Below, in pieces: positions 41,682-52,152 of a stretch of 64,000 bases of DNA. The first letter of the stretch is position 1. Every line of letters begins with the position of its first letter. Under the pieces are notes generated by a model, which saw only the letters and a list, made by a program, of their open reading frames with translations, was not told the DNA's origin and did no database searches. Made by a program: the position numbers and the translations under genes. Source of the stretch: Promethearchaeota archaeon (GTDB taxonomy: Archaea; Asgardarchaeota; Lokiarchaeia; Sigyniarchaeales; SOKP01); contig JAHPZE010000007.1 of the NCBI GenBank assembly GCA_019058365.1, positions 1-64,000 of the forward strand, read 5' to 3'.

Positions 41682-43184
41682 ATGAAAATATCTCCTAATC
41701 TAATTTATCAAGAGTTTAAAGAGGGGAATTTAGAAAAACAATCTGCCATAAATCAATTATTTACTTTAATCAATAATTCAGATGACGCTGAATTAAGAGT
41801 AGAAAGTATTGAAATATTAATAAAAATTGGTTCAAATAATGAACAAATTTTTGAATTATTTGAGAATCTTTTAATATCCGATTCACATGAAAAAGTTAGA
41901 AACACCGCAATAAAAGCTATTAAAAATAATTTCATCGAAAAAGCATTTACACCAATGAAATGGGCTCTTCAACATGAGACATCAATAATCTGTCTCATTT
42001 CTATAATCTCTACTTTAGGTAGAATACAAAGCGAAAAAGCTAAATTGTTTTTAATTGATAAATTAAAAAATATTGACATTTTTGAGTTTAATGAAAGTCT
42101 TCAAAATCTATTCAACGGTGGAAAAATCAATAATTTCAAGAATGAGAGCCTTTCAGACATATTAAATAATTATTATGTTATAAAACATTTCAAAAAGGAA
42201 TTTAAAGATATAGATTACATAGTAAAGGATGGCTTAGTCATATCATTAGATTTATCAGGGATTAGTACTCATGTATTTGGATGGAAAATTTTAAGGAAGT
42301 TGCCTGAATTTATTGGTGTTCTAAAGTACCTTAAAAAGTTGGACTTAAAAATTAATAGAATAGCCAAATTACCTAAAACGATCGTTAATCTTGATAATCT
42401 TATATATTTAGATCTTAGCAATAATAATCTCAAGAAATTAACAGAATCTATTTGCCTTTTAAGTTCATTAGAGTTCTTAAATCTAAGATATAATAAGATA
42501 ACCGAGATACATAGTTCTATTGGTAAATTAAAAAACCTAAAGACTTTAGATTTAAGACATAACAGCCTGAAAACTCTTCCTAATGAAATTTATGGTTTAT
42601 TTTCGTTAGAAATCCTAGATTTACATGGAAATCAGTTAAATAGTCTACCTATATCAATAGAAGGGCTAAGATCTCTAAGAAAATTGGAACTTGGATTAAA
42701 TAATATTGAAGAACTTCCTGAGGAGATAATAAATCTTCAATCTCTAAAGAAATTGGGTTTGGGGGGTAATAAAATATCACCCAATTTTTCTCTTTTAAGT
42801 AATTTAACCTCACTTACTGATTTAGATCTATATGATAATAATCTTAGGTTACTTCCCAATGAAATTGGATTATTAAAGACCTTAGATACCTTAATTTTAA
42901 GGAATAATAAACTTACTGACTTACCCGAATCACTTAAAAATTTGAGATCTCTTCAAAAACTAGATTTAAGTTGGAATAATCTTGTAACACTCCCTGAATG
43001 GTTTGGTTCTTTAACTTCGTTAAAAGAATTAAATCTTTGGGGAAATAATTTAAAATCCCTTCCTTCTTCAGTGGTTAACCTCGAATCGCTAAAAATTCTT
43101 AATTTGAACTTTAATAAATATATCAGAAAAATTCCAGATTCCCTAAAAACCTTGCAAAATAAAGGATTAAAAATTTATAAATAA
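41682..43184 (+). CDS. HEAT-like N-terminus + leucine-rich repeat protein
   Basis: LRR array; paralog of 34179..35669. Confidence 0.9.
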   Translation: MKISPNLIYQEFKEGNLEKQSAINQLFTLINNSDDAELRVESIEILIKIGSNNEQIFELFENLLISDSHEKVRNTAIKAIKNNFIEKAFTPMKWALQHETSIICLISIISTLGRIQSEKAKLFLIDKLKNIDIFEFNESLQNLFNGGKINNFKNESLSDILNNYYVIKHFKKEFKDIDYIVKDGLVISLDLSGISTHVFGWKILRKLPEFIGVLKYLKKLDLKINRIAKLPKTIVNLDNLIYLDLSNNNLKKLTESICLLSSLEFLNLRYNKITEIHSSIGKLKNLKTLDLRHNSLKTLPNEIYGLFSLEILDLHGNQLNSLPISIEGLRSLRKLELGLNNIEELPEEIINLQSLKKLGLGGNKISPNFSLLSNLTSLTDLDLYDNNLRLLPNEIGLLKTLDTLILRNNKLTDLPESLKNLRSLQKLDLSWNNLVTLPEWFGSLTSLKELNLWGNNLKSLPSSVVNLESLKILNLNFNKYIRKIPDSLKTLQNKGLKIYK

Positions 43185-43192
43185 TTATACTC

Positions 43193-44950
43193 TTATTGAG
43201 TCTCATATAATTCTAAAATCTCATTTACAGTCGTTATATCTTTTGGACCTTTTTCAGGACGTAACCTTAAAAAAACGGGAAACCTCATAGAATAGCCTAA
43301 TGTAGCAAATTTATCACTCATTGTAATCTCATCCCCTGTAATCTCCATTACTACCTCTGGTTTTAACCAAATGTCTGGCTTATCTTCACATATGACATTC
43401 TTTGGTTTTTTAATAGCCTTACATTGTTCCATATCTCTAGTTAAAGATTCAGATAACTCATCAGTTAATCCAGAAAAGAATCGAGTAAAAGCTATATAAT
43501 TATCATTCTCAGGGTCATAAACCGCACCAATATATGTTCCATACACTCCTGTTCTTCGACCCTTCCCATAAAAAGCACCAATTAACACCACATCAATAGT
43601 ATCTTTTAGTTTTCCTCCTTCCAAACTTTTTAACTTAAGCCATTTATAACCACGATTTCCTGCTTGATAAATTGAATCATCCTTAATTGATTTTGCCATA
43701 ATGCCTTCCGTTCCTTCCCCTCTAGCTTTTTTAAAGAATTCGAGTAATTCTTCAGTGGAATTTATTAATATTGATTCAACTAATCGTAATTCATCCCTTT
43801 CTTCAACTATTTTTTCAAGTTTTTTCCTTCGTTCTGGAAGAGGCTTATCAATGTATGATTTATCCCCAAATTTTAAGAGATCAAATACAAATAAACTTAC
43901 TGGAACTTCTTTAGCAATATTCTCAATATCATGCTTTCTCCTTCTTTGGCTTAAAACCTGAAAAGGAAGCATCTTTTCGTAAACTGGATCCATTGCAACA
44001 ACTTCTCCTTCGAGTATTACATTTTTAGTTTTTATATTTTCTCTGATAATTTGACAAACATCAGGATACTGATCCGATATATCTAAAAGACGTCGTGAAA
44101 AAAGTATCACATTATTGCCAAACTTATGAATTTGAAGTCTCTCTCCATCTAATTTGTATTCAGCTACGAAAGGAGAGCCTAATCTATTAATGAATTCGGT
44201 ATACATTTCTCGTGAAGCTAACATACTAAGAATAGGTGTTCCATATTTTATATCAATTTTTTTTACTTCTTCTAAATCTTTTTCTGCTAATAATTTGGCA
44301 ATTTCACCTAGATCGGGATATAAGGTATAAGCTCTTTCAATAAAATCTTTATTTTCCTTTTGACCTGTAAAAGCAAGAGCTAATCCCTCTATTATAGTTG
44401 GAGATTGAACACCGACTCTCAATGTTGATGTTATAATTCGCAATAAATATTTTGTTTCTAACGGAGAACATTTGCTCATTAGACCTCTTAATATCCCTAG
44501 TTTAGTATCTTGTGACCCAACTCCTTCAGATAATGCTATTTTTTTTAACTCAGAGTATAATTCCGAAATATTTAAAGAAATTTCTGAACTATAATTTTCC
44601 TTATTATAATCAAATAATGATTTTTGCTTCTTTTTTTTCGATAATATTAATTCTGCAGCTGCACCAATATCCCCTTTTTTTACTAACACTTCCTTGATTT
44701 TTTTAGTATCAACTCCAGAGTGTACAGATAATGCTTCGATTATCATTTTTTCAGCTAGTCCCATTTTTGGGAATTGTTTAATATTTGGGGTCAATTGACC
44801 TTGCAATAGATAAATAATTTTGTCTAAATCTTCAAAATCTTTTCTTTCTTTAATTTTTTTAAAGAACTCTGATAATAAGTCAATCATTTCAAGTCTTTTA
44901 GAAGTACTTTCAAGTTCTGAAAATAATTGAGATAACTTATTGAATTTCAT
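43193..44950 (-). CDS. lig: ATP-dependent DNA ligase
   Basis: EYKLDGER, LEGE, FDLL, EGIMAK, WLKLK, RFPVFLRLR motifs; likely start ATG 44950. Confidence 0.97.
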   Translation of the reverse strand: MKFNKLSQLFSELESTSKRLEMIDLLSEFFKKIKERKDFEDLDKIIYLLQGQLTPNIKQFPKMGLAEKMIIEALSVHSGVDTKKIKEVLVKKGDIGAAAELILSKKKKQKSLFDYNKENYSSEISLNISELYSELKKIALSEGVGSQDTKLGILRGLMSKCSPLETKYLLRIITSTLRVGVQSPTIIEGLALAFTGQKENKDFIERAYTLYPDLGEIAKLLAEKDLEEVKKIDIKYGTPILSMLASREMYTEFINRLGSPFVAEYKLDGERLQIHKFGNNVILFSRRLLDISDQYPDVCQIIRENIKTKNVILEGEVVAMDPVYEKMLPFQVLSQRRRKHDIENIAKEVPVSLFVFDLLKFGDKSYIDKPLPERRKKLEKIVEERDELRLVESILINSTEELLEFFKKARGEGTEGIMAKSIKDDSIYQAGNRGYKWLKLKSLEGGKLKDTIDVVLIGAFYGKGRRTGVYGTYIGAVYDPENDNYIAFTRFFSGLTDELSESLTRDMEQCKAIKKPKNVICEDKPDIWLKPEVVMEITGDEITMSDKFATLGYSMRFPVFLRLRPEKGPKDITTVNEILELYETQ

Positions 44951-45034
44951 AGTTAATCGCAAGAATTTTTTTAAATTAAGATAAACATCTCTATTAAAAT
45001 TTAATAAATAATAAAAAAGAATAAAATAAAAAAG

Positions 45035-45892
45035 TTATAATAGTTTTGAGAGTTCGATAAATTTCTTTTGAATTGCGGTTTTTATTTTTGCATCAGTTGA
45101 TCCAAAGCTATTTGCCGTAAAATTCAATTTTGAGCCTTCTTTAATTGAAAATTGACATATTGGCCCATCCATTTGCTCAACGGCAAAACTCCCATCTGGT
45201 TTTTTAGAAATCCATATATCATCATAATGTTCTAAAATTGCAGAAAACACAAATGAAATTTTAGCATCAGTTAAAAGGCTTGTTGTTGAAACATTTATTG
45301 CTGGAGCTGGTTTTGACTCTGGCTTAATTGAAGGCATTGATTCAGGCACTTCATATTCAGAAGCTACTTCTCGAGGTTTTGCGGGTGTAACTGGTTGTAC
45401 GGGTGTAACTGGTTGTACGGGTGTAACTGGCTTTGATACTGAAGGTGTTGGTGTGGGTTTCGCTTCTACTGTTGGTTCTGGTTTAGTAACAACAGCAGGT
45501 TTTACTGCATCAGCTTGAAAGGTAACAATATAATTATCTAACTCTGTAAACTTTCTATCTAATATAGCTTGAAGTTCTTCATTCATTTTGGTATCTTCTG
45601 GAACTTTTCCTATTTTCCGGTCATCAATCTCTTTTATACTTCTAATATCCCGTCCTATTATACTTTTACCTACTGTATATCCATGTCCCTTTAGAGATTC
45701 GGCCTGTCTAAGAGCTGTTCTTCGAGCAACTAATCCTTGCTTAACACCATGCCATAAAAATACTGATTCGCTACTCTCATCTAAAACAATAATAGAAGTT
45801 TCTGGCAAGAAGCTGTCTCTACCCCATTTTATCGGAACAATTTCCCCTCCTGGACGAGCATCAAACATAAGTCCAAAGCTATGACTACTCAT
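45035..45892 (-). CDS. Gelsolin-domain protein with Pro-rich linker
   Basis: SFLPETSIIVLD...VFLWHG...RRTALRQAESL gelsolin-like core; PVTPVQ repeats; C-terminal domain of unknown type. Confidence 0.72.
   Translation of the reverse strand: MSSHSFGLMFDARPGGEIVPIKWGRDSFLPETSIIVLDESSESVFLWHGVKQGLVARRTALRQAESLKGHGYTVGKSIIGRDIRSIKEIDDRKIGKVPEDTKMNEELQAILDRKFTELDNYIVTFQADAVKPAVVTKPEPTVEAKPTPTPSVSKPVTPVQPVTPVQPVTPAKPREVASEYEVPESMPSIKPESKPAPAINVSTTSLLTDAKISFVFSAILEHYDDIWISKKPDGSFAVEQMDGPICQFSIKEGSKLNFTANSFGSTDAKIKTAIQKKFIELSKLL
45382..45430. repeat. 18-bp tandem repeat (2.7 copies) encoding PVTPVQ
   Basis: CGGGTGTAACTGGTTGTA twice, then CGGGTGTAACTGG. Confidence 0.9.
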
Positions 45893-46227
45893 TGTATGAC
45901 ATCCCTATTTAATTCTAATAATCATGTTTTTTTTGCTATAAATAAAATAGTTTGCATAAATTTAAAAATTGAGTTTTCAAAAATAGATTTTTAATTATAT
46001 ATAGTAAATTAAATTTTGTAAATTCTCCATATTAGATAAGAATAATTACTCAATAATAAAACTGATTTAGTGTTAGCATTTTTATAAGATTTTATATCAT
46101 TAAAAATCAATTGAAGAAAGGTTAAAAGATAAAAATTAAAATTTATTAATTAAATATGTAAATTATTAATTTCATGAGAAATTCATTAGAGTAATCATAT
46201 CTTTAAAATTTACAAAAGGATACAGAA

Positions 46228-47313
46228 ATGGAATTGAATAAATTAATAAGAGAAAATCTAAGAAAATATTCCGCTTTTGAACCGGTTGAACAGCCAGAGG
46301 GTAATGGTTGGGTTAGATTAAATAGCAATGAAAACCCCTTTCCACCAATACAAGAAATACTAATTGATATTAAAAAAGCTGTAGATGAAAAAATTAGACT
46401 TTATCCAGACCCTACTTCATTTGAACTGAGGAAGGAAATATTAAATGTTCTATTACGAGATAAGGATACATTAACTAATCGAAATTCGGTTTTTATTGGA
46501 AATGGTTCAGATGAGATATTGGATGTTATTTTTAAAATTTTCATTGATCCTGGGGATGAAGTTGTTATATTTTATCCGTCATATGGACTATACAAGGTAC
46601 TAGCAACACTTTATAATGCTAAAATTAGTGAAATCCAATTAAACGATGATTTTTCTATACCAGACTCAGCTTATTCAGCAAAAGGAAAATTAATGATCAT
46701 TAACTCACCAAATGATCCAAATGGAAAATCCTTGGGGAATGCCACAATCTTGAAATTGTGTGGAAACTTTCCTGGCATTGTTGTTGTAGATGAAGCTTAT
46801 GCAGATTTCTCTAATCAAACATGTCTCCCATTATTAAAGAAAGTAAAAAATTTAATTGTATATCGATCATTTTCCAAAAGTTTTTCTCTTGCTTCTTTAA
46901 GGATGGGTTTCGCTTTAGCTGACTCAGAAATAATTAAAGAAATGAATAGAGTAAAATTACCTTATAATACAAATTATCTAGGACAAATAGCTGCTTTATC
47001 ATGTATTAAACACAATAAAAAAATAATTGAACAAAACAAAAAAATCTTAGAAGAACGAAAAAGACTGACTGAAGAATTAAATAAATTTAATGGAATCAGC
47101 GTTTTACCTTCTGATGCCAATTTTATATTTATAAAATTTGACGATAAATCTAAAACTTTAAAGTTTGTATGGGATTTAAAAGAAATGAAAATTCTAACTC
47201 GACATTTTAGCAAACCTAGCCTTTATAATTACATTAGAGTAACTATTGGAACTGAAGAAGATAATAATAAATTTTTAGATACATTTAAGACGATTGTAAA
47301 TAAATACTTGTAA
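46228..47313 (+). CDS. hisC: Histidinol-phosphate aminotransferase
   Basis: LNSNENP, GNGSDE, NSPNDPNG, VDEAY, RSFSKSFSLASLRMG, RVTIG motifs. Confidence 0.92.
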   Translation: MELNKLIRENLRKYSAFEPVEQPEGNGWVRLNSNENPFPPIQEILIDIKKAVDEKIRLYPDPTSFELRKEILNVLLRDKDTLTNRNSVFIGNGSDEILDVIFKIFIDPGDEVVIFYPSYGLYKVLATLYNAKISEIQLNDDFSIPDSAYSAKGKLMIINSPNDPNGKSLGNATILKLCGNFPGIVVVDEAYADFSNQTCLPLLKKVKNLIVYRSFSKSFSLASLRMGFALADSEIIKEMNRVKLPYNTNYLGQIAALSCIKHNKKIIEQNKKILEERKRLTEELNKFNGISVLPSDANFIFIKFDDKSKTLKFVWDLKEMKILTRHFSKPSLYNYIRVTIGTEEDNNKFLDTFKTIVNKYL

Positions 47314-47350
47314 TCTCATTTAATTAATATTAATTTAATAATTAGGCGAG

Positions 47351-48544
47351 TTGGTAGAAATTTCTCATATATTTTTCTCTCCAGATAAAAGGAGGGGTGA
47401 AGTAGAATGCCCATTCTGCAAATATAAAATAACAAAACCTTACCCAAAAGACCAGCTTTGTCCTAAATGTAAAAAATTTTTGGCAGTTTTATTTGATCTG
47501 ACTACTGATAATGAAACAAAACCTCTTCCCAAACAATTTAAGACAAAATCTACTACATTATCTTCAAAATTAGGTACAAAAGTTAAAGTTAAGGACCCAC
47601 CATTAGTGATTTCTTTAGATAGTGATAAAATTAAATTAAAGAAAGGAGAATACGTAAAATTAATGGGAATTACCTCAATTGAAAGAACTCAACTCTATTG
47701 TAGTAATAATAACTATAATTATTTATTAGAATTAACAAATAATTTAGATTTCATAGCTACAGGTATTTTGGGAGGTGAACTTGATAAAATGCTCTTGATT
47801 TCCGAAAAGAAAGATAAGGAAGAAAAATGTCAATTTTATGTAAGCAATGAGATTATATATCTTGTTTATGGAAGATTTCCTGATAAAAAAGGCAAATGGA
47901 TTCTTGAACAAATGTCAAATAACTTCTCAGAATTAGTACAAAATAAAGATGTAGATAAATTGGATAAATTTGAGAAATATCAAATTGAAATAGAATTTAA
48001 AAAACGAACCAAGTTTATTTTACAACAATATGTTAATTTACAAGAAATATTTACTGACCAAGAAATCCCATATGTAGAAGATACCATTAGAATTGATTAC
48101 GTTGGACTATCATCGATGTCAATAGGTGTTATATCAATTCTCTTGGGGGACGAAAACTTAAACATTGAAAATGTTGGTGAATTTGAAGATCCAGACGAAC
48201 AGAAAGAAATGAAAGAATCAATGCTTACCGCAAGAATTGAAGCAATTGCTGCCAATACTCAAGGAAATACTGGAGCCACACCTCGGTGGATTGCTGTGAA
48301 ATTAGGTTTTCAAAAATATCGATTTTTAACTTTTAAAAAATATGAAAATGATTATTTTCTTTCGATGCTCTCAGATGGAAATCTAGGAAGAATTGAACAA
48401 GTAGAAGAATTGGTAGATCCTAAAATTAATCAAATAACACTTAATGAATTTTCCGGAAATTTAAAACCTTTTAACGTGTTGAAATTAGATTTAGAGCAAA
48501 ATTTTAGGAAAAGAAGAAAATTTCCTCCTTTTAGCTTTAATTAA
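47351..48544 (+). CDS. Hypothetical protein with N-terminal Zn ribbon (possible longin/roadblock-like domains)
   Basis: CPFC...CPKC; the rest has no recognisable catalytic motif. Confidence 0.6.
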   Translation: MVEISHIFFSPDKRRGEVECPFCKYKITKPYPKDQLCPKCKKFLAVLFDLTTDNETKPLPKQFKTKSTTLSSKLGTKVKVKDPPLVISLDSDKIKLKKGEYVKLMGITSIERTQLYCSNNNYNYLLELTNNLDFIATGILGGELDKMLLISEKKDKEEKCQFYVSNEIIYLVYGRFPDKKGKWILEQMSNNFSELVQNKDVDKLDKFEKYQIEIEFKKRTKFILQQYVNLQEIFTDQEIPYVEDTIRIDYVGLSSMSIGVISILLGDENLNIENVGEFEDPDEQKEMKESMLTARIEAIAANTQGNTGATPRWIAVKLGFQKYRFLTFKKYENDYFLSMLSDGNLGRIEQVEELVDPKINQITLNEFSGNLKPFNVLKLDLEQNFRKRRKFPPFSFN

Positions 48545-48671
48545 ACCCTTCATTTTATTATTATCGAGAATATTTACAACATTTGTATTATAACAAATCC
48601 AAATTTCAAAGAGATTTTTTTTTAGAATACATTTTTATTGATAAGTATACTCGAAATTAATTAAGAAATTA

Positions 48672-51164
48672 ATGGACCCGTTTATGATTGAAATTATCAA
48701 TGATACTAATGAATTATTTGAAGTTTTTAATGGTATTATTGGGTTTAAATTTAATAAAAATGGAGAAAATAAAGGGAATTATGAGATCTGTTTTAAAAAA
48801 AATAGATTAGAAGAATGTATAATTAAAGATTGTTATTCGGTGATAAATTTCTATTCCCAAGATAAAGAAAATATAATAGAATGTGCTTCTAAAAATTATT
48901 ACTTTGAAGCAAAAACAGAAAAAATAGTGAATACATTTGGAAATGGATTGAAGATTAATTTCAAATCATTAAATAATAATAATCAAGAAATTTCCTTTAA
49001 TATTCAATTTGTATTGTATGAAAATAAGGATTTTATCTTGATTAAATTAATTGACATCAAAGATAGTAATCCTAATCAATTACCGGTGCATAGTATATCA
49101 CCATTTACAGTTAAAAAAAGTCCATTATGGTTATCTGGATTAGAGTTTCCAACAAATTTACAAAATATTTCTTGGTTTAAAAACGGATGGCAAAGTTGGA
49201 GCTCTTGTGAATTATTTTTTGGGAACCAAAGAGATGCTGAAGGGTCTTCTACAGAAATTCTAAAAATGATATATGATAATCAAGATTATGTCATCAAAGG
49301 GAGATTTTACAGTGAATATTGTACTGTAATTACTGATTTAAGCTCACAAAATTCATTAGTTTTAGGTTTTGTTTCATTGAAAGATCAATTCTCAAGAATA
49401 ATTATTGATTACGATGATTATAATATACTAAAATTACTAACAGCATTTGGATGTATGGACAACATTCATTTTAACAACAGTACTATTAATTCCTCAGAGG
49501 AATTGTTCATCAGTTTTAAAATAGAGAATAAAGGATATATAGGGTTAATTGAATATGCTAAAATCGTTAATTTAAACATAAAAGAGTCCCGTAGCACTCA
49601 AATTCCAATAGGTTGGTGTAGTTGGTATTATTATTTCATAAATATTACGCAAGAACAAATGATCAAAAATTTAGAATTTTTTAAAAACCATCGAGATATA
49701 CCAATTGATTTTTTTCAATTAGATGATGGATACTTCACTAAAATTGGTGATTTTTCTAACATAAATGAAAAATTTCCTAATGGATTACCTTGGTTATTCA
49801 GATACATAAAGAAGCTTGGTTTTCAAGGAGGAATTTGGACAGCACCATTTATAGCAATAAAAAGATCTAATTTTTTCAGAAATCATCGAAATTGGTTTTT
49901 AACAAAATCAAATAAATTGTTGCCGGTACTTTTCAATTGGAAATCATTTGAATATAGTGTAGATTTATCAAATGATAAAGTATTAGATCATCTTAGTCAT
50001 TATTTCACCAATCTTCTCTATGCGTTAAAGCCAAAATCTAATAAAGTGAGAGAAGAACTTATACATTTCTTTAAAATTGATTTTCTTCATGCAGGAACAC
50101 CATATGGAGCAAATTATAGCAATCCAGTATATACAAGAGCCCAAATACTTTATAATGCTATAAAAACAATTAGAGAGGCTATTAAGGATAATGCATTTCT
50201 ATTAGGATGTGGTGCTCCATTAGGACCTTGTGTGGGATTAGTCGATGCAATGCGTATAAGTTGTGATACAGCACCTCTTTGGGATGCGGGATATGTTGAG
50301 AAATTTAAGAATGGTCGAGGTATAACTGAAATTTCTCTAAAAGCTGCTCTATTAAATACGCTATACAGATCTTTTATGCACAAATATTTTTGGATAAATG
50401 ATCCTGATTGTTTAATGATCAGACGAAGTGAAACAGAATTAAGTCTTGATGAAATTAGATTACAAATGACTATTTTTGGGTTATCTGGTGGGCAAATATT
50501 AATATCAGATGATATGTCCAAACTATCTGAAGAAGAAATTAATGATGCCAAATTCCTGCTGCCTCCTTACAATTCAAAAGAGTTTGACCCAATATTGGTT
50601 GATGCTTTTACATCAGAATTGCCATCTATTTATATGCTTGAAACTGATGAAATTATCGGAAAAAGATATCTAGTGGCGTTAATAAATTGGAATAATAAGT
50701 CAATCTCGAAGGTTTTAAAGATTTTAGATCTAGTTCCTAATTTGTATGATAATGATAGAAAATTCTGCATATTTGATTTTTGGAATGAAAAATTTCTGGG
50801 TGAATTTAAGAGTAATGATGATTTTAAATTGAGTGAAATTAAACCACATTCTTGCAGATATTTAAATGTAATTTCTTTAAATGAAAAATTACATAATTTC
50901 CCAGTTTTAATCACCTCAAATTTACATATAACTCAAGGATGCTGTGAAATAAAATTATTTGAATATAATAAAGAATTTAATCAATTAAAAATTAGATTTG
51001 AATTAGCCGGAATAAGAAAGGGCTTTATTATATTAAAACTTCCACAAAATAAGAAGATTATTAATTCGAATTTAAAATATTCCAGTATGGATTCCAAAGA
51101 TAATCTTTGGAAATTATTTGTACAATTTAAGGACAAACTTACATTAATTATTGATTTAGACTAG
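48672..51164 (+). CDS. GH36-like alpha-galactosidase
   Basis: NGWQSWS, GWCSWYYY, QLDDGY, KIDFL, LGCGAP, MRISCD, NDPDCL motifs. Confidence 0.88.
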   Translation: MDPFMIEIINDTNELFEVFNGIIGFKFNKNGENKGNYEICFKKNRLEECIIKDCYSVINFYSQDKENIIECASKNYYFEAKTEKIVNTFGNGLKINFKSLNNNNQEISFNIQFVLYENKDFILIKLIDIKDSNPNQLPVHSISPFTVKKSPLWLSGLEFPTNLQNISWFKNGWQSWSSCELFFGNQRDAEGSSTEILKMIYDNQDYVIKGRFYSEYCTVITDLSSQNSLVLGFVSLKDQFSRIIIDYDDYNILKLLTAFGCMDNIHFNNSTINSSEELFISFKIENKGYIGLIEYAKIVNLNIKESRSTQIPIGWCSWYYYFINITQEQMIKNLEFFKNHRDIPIDFFQLDDGYFTKIGDFSNINEKFPNGLPWLFRYIKKLGFQGGIWTAPFIAIKRSNFFRNHRNWFLTKSNKLLPVLFNWKSFEYSVDLSNDKVLDHLSHYFTNLLYALKPKSNKVREELIHFFKIDFLHAGTPYGANYSNPVYTRAQILYNAIKTIREAIKDNAFLLGCGAPLGPCVGLVDAMRISCDTAPLWDAGYVEKFKNGRGITEISLKAALLNTLYRSFMHKYFWINDPDCLMIRRSETELSLDEIRLQMTIFGLSGGQILISDDMSKLSEEEINDAKFLLPPYNSKEFDPILVDAFTSELPSIYMLETDEIIGKRYLVALINWNNKSISKVLKILDLVPNLYDNDRKFCIFDFWNEKFLGEFKSNDDFKLSEIKPHSCRYLNVISLNEKLHNFPVLITSNLHITQGCCEIKLFEYNKEFNQLKIRFELAGIRKGFIILKLPQNKKIINSNLKYSSMDSKDNLWKLFVQFKDKLTLIIDLD

Positions 51165-51179
51165 ATTTAATGACTTCCA

Positions 51180-52142
51180 ATGGTTTTAACTCCGAAAAAA
51201 ATATATGAGGACTTTGAAAACAACAAAATTAATAAGTATATAGCCTACGATCTATTAATTTCCTTGGTTGAAAATAGTGATATCGAAGAAATTAGAGTAG
51301 AATCCATTAAATATTTAGAAAAAGTTGGAGTATTTCATGATAAATTATTTAATTTGTTAGAAAACATACTAATTTCAGATTTAAATAGAGATATTAGAAA
51401 GATAGCGGCAGAATTTCTTAAAAAGAAATTTCTTAAAAAGTCAATTAATCCATTTAAGTGGATTATTAAACATGAAACAGATTATGAATGTTTAATTATA
51501 GCTATTAGATCATTAGAAAAAATAGGTTCTCATGAATCTAAGCTCGTCTTATTTAATGAAATAAAGAAGATAATAAAAACAAAATATCTTAATAAACAAA
51601 AAAAGATTGAAAATAAAAAATTCAAAAACATAATAAAGAACTTAAAAAAATCAAACAAATATAATTTTCTTACCCATAAAGAATTATCGGACATTCTTAT
51701 CAATTACTTAACCATTAAAAATCTGACAATGCACTATCCAAATATATATTATGAACTAAATCCACAAAATGGATTAATTGAAGAGTTGGATTTGTCAGAT
51801 TTTTTAGAATATGAGGTTAAAGGCACTCCTTTTGGATGGAAAAATAATATAAAATCAATTTCGGAAATTTTTGGTTTAAAATATTTAAAAAATATCAAAA
51901 AAATTGATTTCTCAAATAATCAAATTGAAGATATAAAGGATATAGCGAATTTAAAGAATTTAACTCATCTAATTTTAACAAATAATAATATCAGTAAACT
52001 CGAGAATATAGAAATTATTCAATCATTGCCAAATCTAGAATATATAGATTTAAGATATAATGATATTATAAAGAAAATTAATCCAAAGGAATTTGATAAA
52101 CATATTAGAGTATTATTAAAAGATGATTTTATATTAAAATAA
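51180..52142 (+). CDS. HEAT-like N-terminus + short LRR protein
   Basis: Same N-domain as the two other LRR genes; 3-4 LRRs. Confidence 0.82.
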   Translation: MVLTPKKIYEDFENNKINKYIAYDLLISLVENSDIEEIRVESIKYLEKVGVFHDKLFNLLENILISDLNRDIRKIAAEFLKKKFLKKSINPFKWIIKHETDYECLIIAIRSLEKIGSHESKLVLFNEIKKIIKTKYLNKQKKIENKKFKNIIKNLKKSNKYNFLTHKELSDILINYLTIKNLTMHYPNIYYELNPQNGLIEELDLSDFLEYEVKGTPFGWKNNIKSISEIFGLKYLKNIKKIDFSNNQIEDIKDIANLKNLTHLILTNNNISKLENIEIIQSLPNLEYIDLRYNDIIKKINPKEFDKHIRVLLKDDFILK

Positions 52143-52152
52143 AAAAAAAAAA

